From assembly GCA_946965045.2 (NCBI GenBank), contig OX337236.1:2232001-2296000 (forward strand): a DNA stretch of 64,000 bases, read 5' to 3'. Within the stretch, counting starts at the first letter, position 1. The number at the start of each line of letters is the position of its first letter. This DNA comes from Epithemia pelagica. Taxonomy: Eukaryota; Protista; Bacillariophyta. Shown in pieces: positions 10,859 to 22,300 of this stretch. The notes beneath the pieces are model-generated. The model was not told where the DNA came from and did no database searches. It saw only the letters and a list, made by a program, of their open reading frames with translations. Position numbers and translations under genes: made by a program.

Positions 10859-12457
10859 ATGATCCGCCCATATCCTTCCTCCTCCTCGTCGGTGGCAGTA
10901 CCTCGCATCTTGTGGCAACAGTGGCAAACCAAACGTGCATGTTCCTGGTCCGTTTGGCCGGCCAGTAATCCTCCAGGAGGGGCATTCTTCTTCTCGTCCA
11001 CGTCCACCACTCCCAATCACAACGATGATCATCGTGTCGAACCATCCGACCGCCATGACCAGCAAAAACCCAAAAATGGTGGCTACCAATTGTGCTTTGT
11101 GCGACATGGTCAATCGACGTGGAATCGGGACAATCGCTTTATTGGGTGGACCGATACACCCTTGACGGACGATGGCGTGGTGGAAGCCCGTGTTGCGGGC
11201 CAAATGTTGTATCAAGCTGGGTTGCGACAATTTGATCAAGTCCATACATCGTGGTTGCGTCGAAGCATTCGAACGGCCAATTTGGTACTCATGGAATTGG
11301 GTCAAGAATATTTACCCATGCACAAGGATTGGCGTCTCAACGAACGGCATTATGGGGCCCTGGTGGGGTTGGATAAGAAACAAGTCGTCCGACAGTATGG
11401 TGCCGATCAAGTCAAGCAATGGCGACGATCCTTTGATCAGGCGCCACCGCCCATGCCACTCGATCATCCCTATCATCCGGCGCGCGATGCTCGATATCAA
11501 CAGGTAAGTCGTCAAACGTATTCGCAATCAATTGCTTTGTGATATATTCATGCAGGTTGGCGGAAACGACAGCAACGCAGACAAGTGCCACGGTCCTTGA
11601 TTGTGTCGAATGACTCTTCCACGCACACTGTTGACGGCAGACCCCTGCTCACATGCCATTTGATTTTTCTGACGTCTTGATTATTACAGATGTTGGATCG
11701 ATTGCCTCAGTCGGAATCCTTGAAGGATACCTTGGCTCGTTCCAAACGATATTGGGAAGAAGTGTTGGTTCCCGCTGTGCGCGACCAACAGCAATCTGTC
11801 CTGGTGATTGGTCACGAAAACAATTTGCGTTCCTTACTCATGCATTTGGAAGATTTGACACCGGAACAAGTCTTGCATTTGAATCTACCTCGCGCCGTTC
11901 CCTTGGTGTATCGTCTTGATTTGGAAACCATGAAACCATTGGAGGAGGACCAACACCAAAAAGACGCGGCGGCAGCACCCGAGGCGTCACGCGATGTCGC
12001 TACGGAATTTTTGCGGGGTACCTGGTTGGGAGGCGATGATGCCGTGTCCCAAATTTTGCATCGTGACCATGTGCAAGTCTACGATACGCAAGTGGAAGAA
12101 AATCTGGAAACAACCAGTGTGTCCACCGAACAAACCCAACGACAAAAATGGGCCGCCTGGATGAAGTCGGTCACAGTCAAGAAACCAACACCGCAGCAAG
12201 CCGAAACAGGGGCCACCACACCCAATGACCAGAACGATTCTTCCCAACAGGGGAAAACGGTTGAAAACGATGATGAAGACGAAGTCTTGTTGCAACAAGG
12301 GTATGCGGCCTCGACCCGTGTGGCGGCACCGGTACCAGGAGGGGAAATTGATTATCACTTTACCGAACTTTCGCAGTCTCCACCTCCTCGAAAAGAACTC
12401 AATGGTTTACACTCGAGCCCACGACCGCAAACTGCCACCACGTCCGCTTCGGCATGA
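10859..12457 (+). CDS. PGAM: 2,3-BPG-dependent phosphoglycerate mutase; 2 exons (10859-11503, 11690-12457), ~470 aa
   Basis: VRHGQSTWN, WRLNERHYGAL, VKQWRRSFD, ESLKDT and GHENNLR motifs; GTAAGT donor at 11504, TACAG acceptor ending 11689, phase 0. Confidence 0.93.
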
Positions 12458-12937
12458 AACAATGGATGGACTGTCCATGAGACAAATGTTGTGTATTGTG
12501 TTGAATGACCAAATGACTGGAGAGACACGATCGTTTGTTCGACCATGAAAGAACATGAAGCTTACAAGGAATACAGCACAATGCCAACGTTAAGAAAGAT
12601 GAAGGCTTTTATTGAATCGAGATGCCTAAACTTGTCGCGCTGACAAAGCAAACACTTGCTCTGGCGGACAGGGTGTCGATCTATCAGATTCTTAACTTCA
12701 GCTAGTCTCTTTGAGGTGTTAGAAGCTATTAGAAAGTAATTAACTTAGCATGAGATGCTGATTCTCAAACCAGAAAGCGTCAGGAGCAGTACCATTTTAT
12801 TCACGTGGTACTTGCCATAGAAGGATTAACACAATGTGACGTCGGTTCGCGTATTTGCTTCCCACATTATCAAGAGCAAAGTTTTGTGTTTCCTTTGATA
12901 GCCAACGCTCTCTTGTCCTCTCACTGTTCTAAGTCTC

Positions 12938-13680
12938 TCATGGTGGCGCTCCAAACGCTTCTGGCATTCGTTCAACCGTATACTTATATCCAGCAATATA
13001 CATGCAGGGTACGCCAGGAATTTTGCGTATCCGTCCTCGTAATTCCTTGTCGCAAGTAGCGACAATAAAGCATTTCCATTGTGTCACCATTTTGACTAAG
13101 CAATCATCCGCGTAACAACCCTTGCAGGTACAAGGTATCCGTTCAAAACGGGGATCCTTGGCCAACTTCAAGGCAACCTTGTATTTGCCTCCCAACTTTT
13201 CCAATTCTCCCATGACACAATCTGTGATGCACGGTGTGCATTTGGCCAACAAACAATCCATCATGGAACGAACCATATCCAACTTCTTTCTGTGTCACGA
13301 TAAAAGAAACAGAACAGAGACAAGAAAAAGCACGGCAACGCAACACCAAACAAATGAGTTCATCAAGGGTCCCATTCTATTCCAAATACAGCATGTTTGT
13401 CTTGAGTCTCCGAATAAGAAACAGATGGACAAACGCACCGAATGGAAAAATTAATAAAGTTGGTATCGACCAAGACATGGTAGGGTGGACCCAACTGAGT
13501 ATTGTATTGGAAAAAGAGGGCCGAGTTGGCTTGTTCGACATGACGAGCTTCCGTTCGATGTTTCTGAACTTGCCGCTGTTTTTCTTGTGCCTTTACCAGA
13601 TTTTCTTGCACCCTTGTATCCTTGGGGCTAATAATCTTTTTGGCAACGGCAAATTTTCGAGATTTCTTGGCCTTGCCCAT
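12938..13680 (-). CDS. FCF1: rRNA-processing PIN-domain protein Fcf1/Utp24; 2 exons (13680-13439, 13289-12938), 197 aa
   Basis: [11 protein letters not shown]...[26 protein letters not shown] joined to [18 protein letters not shown]...YADDCLV...[19 protein letters not shown] by a GT-AG intron at 13438-13290. Confidence 0.95.
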
Positions 13681-14043
13681 GCTCGTAAATGCTGGATTCA
13701 GCGATAGAATGTAGACCAAAGAAAGCGAGCTTTGATGACGGTGGTTGTCGTCTTTTGTTCCCTCTTGTATTTCAAGTCAAAACACACAGCACTGACTGTG
13801 ACAATCAGATCGACCAAAACACTGCTTGAACTTGAAGGAAAAGGTCCTTTTCGTCTCTCTTGGGGATTTGTTAGACGGTCCAAATCGAATGGTTTGTCAT
13901 GTAGATTGTAGATGTCGTCGATCGATTGTCGAGGCAACCGATGGTGTGGCGAGTGGACGCATCGGGCGAAGGTCTGACCGTAGAAGTCTGAGTCGTGGAT
14001 GTGACGCAGTCTTTAGGTACTCTCATATCTTTTACAAGTAGAT

Positions 14044-14516
14044 AGGCCTCGGATTTGAGTTTGAAGGCCTGGGCCATTCGGCCGACCCTACACACGTTAA
14101 CAATATGATGGCCTTGTGTAGTAGCTATTTTGTCTCATCGAATACTGAAACGCCACTTTCGGGATTCGGGAGGCCCTTGCTAAACTATTCTAGGCAACCG
14201 GGGGAGGTCCCTTGTGCTTGCACAACATCTTCCACGCATGGTCTTTTTTCACGCACCGCCTTGACTGTGCACACCCCCTCTCCACAACCCTCAACCCCTC
14301 CTCCCACCACCGTAGTGGTTCAGTTATGAGCCTCTCTGCGTCGGTTAGAACCGCCTTCGCCAAAGATGCTGCGGCATTGCTCCATCTATGGACGCCGCAC
14401 TGATAACCGCATCATAGCAACCATTTGTCTTCAGCCTCATCGTGGTAGTTAGGTTCCTGAAAAGTTGTGCTTGAGCAAGGCGTGCAATGGAGAACTTGTA
14501 AAGAGTGTATTCCATT
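14044..14516 (-). repeat. Dispersed non-coding repeat, copy B (inverted relative to 7488-8140)
   Basis: Reverse complement aligns with copy A in conserved blocks; lacks the internal tandem duplication. Confidence 0.9.
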
Positions 14517-14753
14517 TTATAGAGATGGAGCGATTATCTCTCTACCTCGTAGCTAGGAGTACACCATTGTAAAGTGAGCCTTTACCTAGGAGTACGTAGG
14601 AGTACTACTCCTACCTACCTACCTACTCCTACCATATATGGTAGCTACTAGTAGAGGTAGCTGCAGAAAGACCATCGGCTAGCTGACTTCCACGTGGCGT
14701 TCCACAGGTCTTTCCCCGCAGTCTCACATCCAGACAAACAACCGAAAGTGACC

Positions 14754-15235
14754 ATGGTACGTCTTTGCTATCAACGCTGCGGATAAACTCTATAGCATTC
14801 GTTCAAAAATGACTGCCCATGGCCTGTTCTCCACTTTGTGATATGTCCTTGAACCATAGTGAATGGTATTGAATGGAATTCGACGTGTATGATGATCCTG
14901 TGGTCGACGACTCGACGCATTGTGTCGCTGCGTGGGTTTGTTGCATTTCCCTTGTGTCTTGTCTCTGTTTCTAACGTCTTTTTACCACGTTCATATCAAT
15001 CGCCTTATTCCTTGACTTCTTTATCTTTGTCCAGGCACCCGCACAACGACGAGCACGAGCACCTGGTGGCGGTGGAGGCCGTCCGCAAGGAGGTGCCGGA
15101 ACCAACATTTTGCAATTCTATACCGATGACTCTCCAGGTATTCAAGTGGGTCCCACGACCGTCTTGATTGCTTCCCTTTCCTTTGTGGGGATTGTGGTGT
15201 TGTTACACATTATTGGAAAATTCCGGTCTTCGTAG
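14754..15235 (+). CDS. SEC61B: Sec61 translocon beta subunit; ATG-only first exon (14754-14756), intron 14757-15034, exon 2 15035-15235; 67 aa; absent from the ORF track
   Basis: Spliced product MAPAQRRARAPGGGGGRPQGGAGTNILQFYTDDSPGIQVGPTTVLIASLSFVGIVVLLHIIGKFRSS; ATG|GTACGT donor and TTTGTCCAG acceptor. Confidence 0.9.
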
Positions 15236-16020
15236 GAGAAACTGTGTGAAAGGAAACACTATCTATACTCGGTCATTGGTTGGCATTTGGCCGTTTGGAG
15301 TGAAAAGGCAGAATTTTGGGCCGCGGCTTATTGAGCGATGCAACGTCGATAACTGTTCATTATCAATCAAGATAGAACAATTTATGTGTATGCTAATCCA
15401 CACTTTGAATGGGGAGTTTCATTCCGACAAGACTATCTCGTTCAGTCGTTGTTGTGCACAAACCGATCTGGTTGATTCGGTTTTGGATCAGCGTGTCTGC
15501 AAGAGTGTTGACGATGCAAAGTGATGATACTGTGACTGTCCGTGTCTTTTTACGACTCTCTAGTAGATTGCATCGGAAGATCGGTCTGTCTGCAGCACTC
15601 GTTCGCCAACTGAAGTATTCAAAGATGACATGCGACAGATAACCTCAACTTCATGTGACATCCTGTCATCCTAGCTGTCCAACGCCCAAACAGGTCTAAC
15701 GATCGCCTGGGGAAGTCAAATCCCATTTACGTGCTTTCACAGAAATGTTTGACCTTTCCGGTCCTTCGAACGTCTCTCCCTGGGCTGAAAATAGAAAGTC
15801 ATGAAAAACTGATTCAAAACAAAATGACACTCCTACTCCTAGAGAGAACAAACGTTGCCAATAGTGGAGTAGGAGCAGTTTGCGAGTTGCAAGAGCAACA
15901 TTGGGGATGTGTGGGGGTAGGGAGGGTAGCCCAGATACCTACCTGTACTCCAGTCGCCTTACCTCTGTCTTTGTATTCAAGGCTTGAATACATGCGTGCG
16001 TCTCTTAGGGGAGATACAAA

Positions 16021-16075
16021 AATGTGAGTTGTGAGTTGTGAGTTGTGAGCTACGAGAGTTGTGAGTTGTGAGTTG
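16021..16075. repeat. MULE left subterminal array of (T)TGTGAG motifs
   Basis: GTGAGTTGTGAGTTGTGAGTTGTGAG...GTTGTGAGTTGTGAGTT directly inside the left terminus. Confidence 0.8.
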
Positions 16076-16444
16076 GAAGCTATGCATGCTATCCATGATA
16101 GGTATGCTAGGTGTCCCAACAGCCCCTAGTACGGTCATAAGCTAGATTTGTAGGAGTAAATGAGAGTTTATGACAAAAAATTGAGAGAACTGTTATATCA
16201 CCCAGCTTGCCTCCCACTAAGATTCCAATTGCAAAGATAAGAATTTCTACACGATGCAACAATGGAGGTATAAGAACACTTCTTTTCACATGTATGTCCT
16301 AGCTAGCCTCCAACTAAGTTGCCAATTGGAAAAATTGGAATATACTACAAGAAACAACAACGGGAGTACAAGATCATTTCATTTCACATGCATGTCCTAA
16401 TAGTATGTAGTAAGTGTTATTGCTATGTAAGAAGTTTCTTTCCC

Positions 16445-17002
16445 TCACTTTGGACTGACATCATGTTGCAGCTCACGAACAACTTTCACCACTTCTGCTT
16501 CAACCCATCGCTTTTCCATGAATGACCTCGTATGCTCTCTGCTCAATTTTTGCAAACATGTTGCTTCACAATGATATTGGGAAATCGTGTTATAATTAAA
16601 GTTCTTTTTTTCTTTCCAATTATGACGTATGGTATTCTGTCCATATTCAATTCTTTTGCCACATCCCTGACAAGTTGGCCTTGGACCACGGCTTTGTATG
16701 TTCTCTCGTAATGAAAAGCCATGTGGAATGCGTTGCTTTGATGCACTTTTGGGTTTTTGCTTACTTACGTTGTCACTTTCTTCACTGCTCTCTGCTTTCC
16801 TTTTCCTTTTGTCGTCCTTGCCTTTCATTTTGTGTTTCCTTTGTTGTGACAAAATTTCGCTTGAGAGTTTTGTCAATGATTCTCCTATATCTCGCGGTAC
16901 ACGATCAGATCTCTCAACATCTTTTTTGTTTGCTTGGTTGAAGAACGTGGGTATTGCGCATATTGTAAAGGCATTCCTCTTGCAGAGTTTCTTCTGTCGC
17001 AC
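16445..17002 (-). CDS. ORF inside the MULE with a PARP-type zinc-finger-like motif; possibly the frameshifted C-terminus of the transposase
   Basis: CQGC-x29-HCEATC and a basic KRKRK patch; overlaps the transposase 3' end in the -1 frame. Confidence 0.45.
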   Translation of the reverse strand: MRQKKLCKRNAFTICAIPTFFNQANKKDVERSDRVPRDIGESLTKLSSEILSQQRKHKMKGKDDKRKRKAESSEESDNVSKQKPKSASKQRIPHGFSLRENIQSRGPRPTCQGCGKRIEYGQNTIRHNWKEKKNFNYNTISQYHCEATCLQKLSREHTRSFMEKRWVEAEVVKVVRELQHDVSPK

Positions 17003-18546
17003 TCGAACCTGTTAACAAACTTCCATGCATTAAGTACTGCTTCATTGACGCTCATTTTCCGGTTTCTTACTAGAAATAGATCCTGAAACTGCTTTCCAAC
17101 ATTTTCTTGTGCATTTGTTGACGACGATAGTTTGGAAAATCTGTCAGCCTGTGATGATGTAAAATTTTGGCAGGCAGGGAAGAATGTTTGTGCTCTGTCC
17201 GGATGTAAATACCAACGAAGCCACGGCATAGCTTTTGGGAAATGTTGCATCATTTTCTGACACGCATTCCAATAGTGATGGAACTTTGATTTGACGTTGG
17301 TAAAGGTATGGATTAGTTTGCAAAAATCACCCTTTTTTGAAGGTGGGACCACAGCACCATTTTGCTCAATGCGAGTTACAGACCGTTCAAAGTGGACGTT
17401 GCATTTTTGCAGAAATGCTAACAAATCTTTTTTGTCGATTGCTTTGTCACCAAGTGTTATTGTGGCATGGTCGTAGAGTTCATCCATAAAAGACATCCCA
17501 AGAGCATCTGACCAATCTACAGTGACTCCTGGGAAAATTGCTGCAAAGGATTGCCAAGACGTGTTAATTGAATCTCCATAGCTATGAAAAAGGCTTCTCC
17601 AATGTGATCCATAATGCTTTTTGCTCCTTCCAAAAATTAATGAGATTAGAACTGGCACCCATCTTTCAAGGATGAAATCATATGCCAAAATAAAATGAAC
17701 GTCAATTGTTCCTGTGAATTCAGGATCATCAATGACTCCTTCAACAGTATCAGATTGCATTCCGCTATTTGCTTCATGTAGGATTTCTCTCATGTAATTG
17801 CTTTGCAACGTTATAATCGCTTCATCTAGCTTCACAAGCTCGGCTTTTACTATAAAAGTTTTTTCTGGTAAATCCTTTGTAAATTGGAGCAAGGAACCAA
17901 TGCTGCCATGAATCCCCTGTGCTTTGATGGGTGTACGTCCAAGTGTCTTATGCCGAAGGTACTTAACACGGTTAATAGTGCTAAATGCATCATATAAGGC
18001 AACAACAGAATCATTTGTCAATGACCCCATTTGGAGTTTCTGGGGACCAAGGGAAGGGTTGGCAGTAACAATTTCATTAAACTGTTCGACTGCGTGGGGA
18101 GATGGTTTTGTTACTGGTGGGTTGGGATGATTGTGTGACCCTTTATGCTCAATCAACCACTGCTTCTTGTCTTTGATGAACTCACAAACAATCATGCATG
18201 GGACATCTTCTTTATTCTGTGATCGTGAGTTTCCCTGTTGGATTCCACCAGTACATGCAATCCATTTCAGAGGTAGCTCAGGATGAATCGGACAAACATA
18301 CTTTGCAGGACGTGGCGGGGCACCGAGTTTTTTGGATTTTGGTTGCATTGGTCTTTGCAGAAAATTACATTTTGGATCTTGACATGCCATCACACCAAGA
18401 CAATACAAATACCGTTTTGAATTCCCATTTGAATGTGTCTTGGTATATAGATGACATAATGCATATCCAAAGTATGGCTTACCATCATTGGACAAAAGGC
18501 CGGTGTCTAAGAGATACTTAGTATTCCCGTTTGGCCAATACACATC

Positions 18547-19329
18547 TATTACAATTCTTTCTGAATCGTAGGGACATTGATGCTCGGTAGAGCAGACAAT
18601 CAGGTAGGTCACCAACCGATACAAGCTTCTCAGGGTCAGAGAAGCAAGCAAGTCGAAGTCTATCAGAAGGATAGTCGGGACACAAAAGAGGATGTGATAA
18701 ATGGTGATATTGTTAGATTGTGTGTTGATTACTACGATAGGTCTACGTGAAATGTTCGGTCCTGCCAAGGGTCATGTGTCATAGGTTCTTGGCGGCAACA
18801 GGTTTGGAATAGTTGGAGTTGATTCATGTGATGTATATGACATGTATATGTGGGCGGATAACATATACAGGGTCAACAGCTCTTGCTTTGGGTTGGCATA
18901 GTTGTTTTCATGGCGCGCAGCTTGTTGACAATTTGGAGATTGTGGGAATGGAAATATGGTCTCGCGTGATCGTGTGTCGTGCTTGGGATACTTAGACCGT
19001 TGGATCGGATAGATGCCGATAGCGCTCGGATGTCGCTTGGGCGCGCTCGATGATTTCGGGCGCGTACGCTTAGGGCGTTAGTATAATGTCCGAGCAACGG
19101 CCAAATTTATGTCCGTTGTAATACCGCACGACCCAGTTTAGTCTTGAGAGTGAGTTCGTCAATCTATTCTCACTTTTCATGATTTGCGAAGAAATATAGG
19201 TCGATATAGCGCGAAGCTAGGAAACATAGCTCGAAGCTAGAGGGCATGATGCGATAGCACGAGGCTATGTGACATGGGGAATCGATGAGATGTAGAATCT
19301 AACCACCATAGACGGTGAGAATTCTAACA
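18547..19329 (-). repeat. Copia 1 3' LTR (783 bp; TG...TA on the sense strand)
   Basis: Direct repeat of 26148-26930; no difference found by eye. Confidence 0.95.
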
Positions 19330-22300
19330 CTCCCCACAACTCGTCGTTTCAGCCTTGTCATCATTGGGTTTGTTGAGATCTTGAACTTCTCCTTTCCAAA
19401 ACAACAATGGCTTGAGCATGGGCCAAATAGATACGAAATCCCAATGTTTGCTAAGGATATCGGCAGGGTTGGTCTTTCCATCTTTCCAGTAGAATGCAAC
19501 ATACTTTGCTGCGATGGCTTCACGAACTCGGTGGTATGACAGAAGATGGTGTCTCTTGGATAGTATGGAGTGAGGAACGGTTGCATTGAGCACAACAGAT
19601 CTGTTATCTCCGTACAAGTAACTTCGCTCTCGGATAGGTACTCCAAGGTAGCGGAGAGAATGTCGTAATTCTGTAATCTGATCTATTGCTGTCCTTGCAG
19701 CCACAAACTCGGATCCATAGGTAGCAGTTTCCACCGTGCTCTGTCTCTTGCTGTACCAGTCAATAGGTGTTCCGTTCAACAAATGTAGAACAGCAGTGAC
19801 GGATTTACCAGTGACTATGTCATGCATGAGATTGGCATCAACATAATGAGTTGTGGTAACATAGCGGCCAAGAGGTGTTGGGCAGTCTTCAGGAATACGT
19901 TCACTTGCATTCGAATAGACAGTGCGAGTCCAATCAAATTCTTGGGTAGGAAGACTTGAATAATCAGGCTCTCCAATCCTAAATCTGATTGCGCCTTCTG
20001 GGAGATGTGCAAGGTATCCATAGATACGCTTGGCTCTATCAAGATGTCCTTTCCTCGGAGCAGCACGAAAGCGTGATAGCGTCATTGTAGCGGTGAAGAC
20101 GTCGAAACGACCAATAGTGATCACCCATTGGAGTTGTCCAATCAGAGTTTGGAAATGGCTAGTACCTTCTTCATCAAGGAGCTCAGAATCATCCAATTCA
20201 GGATGGTCTTCACCAATAAGAGGTGTTTTGGCTTTCTTGGGTTTCTCCTTGAAGATTCGTTCGAAAGTGTCCATCATCTTACCAATGTAGCGTCTTGGAT
20301 CTGCTACGAATGTTCCATCAGAATCCTTGGTGTAACAACATCCCAAATGGAAATCAATAGGTCCATCTCCTTTGAGTTTGAAGTTGTATTTCTCCTTCAG
20401 GATCTTGCAGATATTCCCAGGATCAGTAGAAATAATGGCTAAGTCATCAACGTATACGGCAATGTATTCGTAACAGTCTTCTCCAGGTGCTTTCCTCATC
20501 CAGATATCCGGATCTGCTTTGCTTGGTGAAAATCCCATGTCTGTCAAAACATCGAATAAGACATCATGCCAGCGTGCGCCTGATGACTTCAATCCATAAA
20601 GTGCCTTGTATATAATCAGGATGTGACCTTCTAATTCCTTGAATTCAGGTCCTGCGACAATGAAAATTTTCTCCCCTGTCAAGGCTTCCAGATATGCATT
20701 TCCAATATCTGCTCCCCATATTTCCAAGTCATTCAAAGTACCCAGGAATAAGGCAATGCGGAGGTTGCGAATGGAAACAACACCTGAATAGATTGTCTCA
20801 ACAGGTTCTTTTGTGAGATGTCCATCTGCGACAAGTCTTGCTTTATGTCGTCCATCATGTTTTACGTCAAAGACAAGATGCACACGTATCTTATGATATC
20901 CTTCAGGTGCATTGGATACTTTCCCTTTAATGAAGATGGCTTTCCCAAAATCCTTGAATGTCTTGTAGGACTGGATCTGTGACAATTCTAATTCTGTTGC
21001 ATCCTGCCACTTTGTGTTGCCATGTTGTTTATCAAGAGCAACAGCTTCCTCATAATTGCGTGGTACTTGAAATCCAAACTTATACTTGACGGAATGGTGA
21101 ACTTGTTTAATCCTTGACTGTTTGGCTGCTCGAATGAGACGTTTGCTTGTTTTGACATAACGTTTCAAATGCTTCCATCCAGGTTCGTTGAGTAAACCAT
21201 GTTTCTTTCCATAAATTGCTACAGTGATCGGATCATCATTGGCGATGAGTGATAAAGGTTCATAGGTAGTCTCCCCAGTTTCCCAATCAACAAGCAAATT
21301 ATATTTGCTCCCCTTGTAATCTGGATCAGTTGTGTTCAGTGGGCCTTGATGGGCAATGACATCCCTGAACCTGAAAAGATTATCTCCAGAGGTTTGAGCT
21401 TGGTTATCTCGTTCGATATACTCCATGAGTTGATTATAGGATATCATCTCATCAACATCAGAATTTGTCTTTCGGTAAATGTACTTGACACGTTCTTCCT
21501 GTTTCGTTGCTTCTTCATTAAGATCAATGACTCGTTTGATGACACGTGCACGGTGTCGCTCCCCATTTTCTTCTGTGTCGCATAGGAATGTGCGTCCTAT
21601 CATGTCGTCAAAATCGATCGTGGGCATTGGTTTGGATGGATCTTCACTATCACTGCGAATGAAGACAGTGTCAGCTTGCTTATCATTGTCATCCTTCTCA
21701 GACGAATCCTCCCCTGAAGGTCGATCCACACGTAGGTTAGGTGTAGTGGATTCAACACGGCGAACGGCAGAACGATAGATTATCTGGTTATCCTGGGTGA
21801 GAATTTTCCAAGTAAAAGAATCACCAACGTTGTGAGCAAAACCAACCCAGTGGCCAAGTTTCTCATCAGAAGAAGATGGATATGAACCGGAATTGGGTTC
21901 AGCGGGGTCGACACGGTAGTAAACCTCATCCCAGAAAGGAAAGAACAAGAGATGAGTAATGTCGGGTGGGCGGCCGGAGAGAGCCTCAAGAGGAGTGCGA
22001 CCGGAGTGGGTGGGTGATGACGTATGGTTCAATAAGTCACAGACATACTCAAGGCAAAGAAGCCAGGTGTTGGCAGGGCAACCAGTGGCATTCATGAGAG
22101 CGTTGGTCATACGTTTAACGGTCTGGTAACGGTTTTCAGCCTTATTCTGGTGTTGATGATAAGGTTCGGATCGATACTCCCCAATAAGCAAAGTGCGAAG
22201 AATGTCTTTAACCTTTTGAGAGATGAGAGATGAACCACCATCACTGATAAGAGTCTCCATGGCACCACGAAACCGGATGTTGTCCTGAAGAGTATTGACA

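Noticed and set aside
14190-14215. SRP RNA (GGGACC...GGTTGCCTA on the minus strand)
   Set aside because: No helix-8 GNRA/AGCAG motif or Alu domain
16885-18768. 627-aa ORF as a genuine protein starting MAGPN
   Set aside because: The first ~74 residues are LTR sequence read from a TTG (identical to ORF 26142-26369); the real N-terminus is at 27472-26931
18813-19097. Short ORFs inside the LTRs (duplicated at 26414-26698, 55478-55904, 63020-63446)
   Set aside because: They recur only because the LTRs are duplicated; not conserved between the two LTR families
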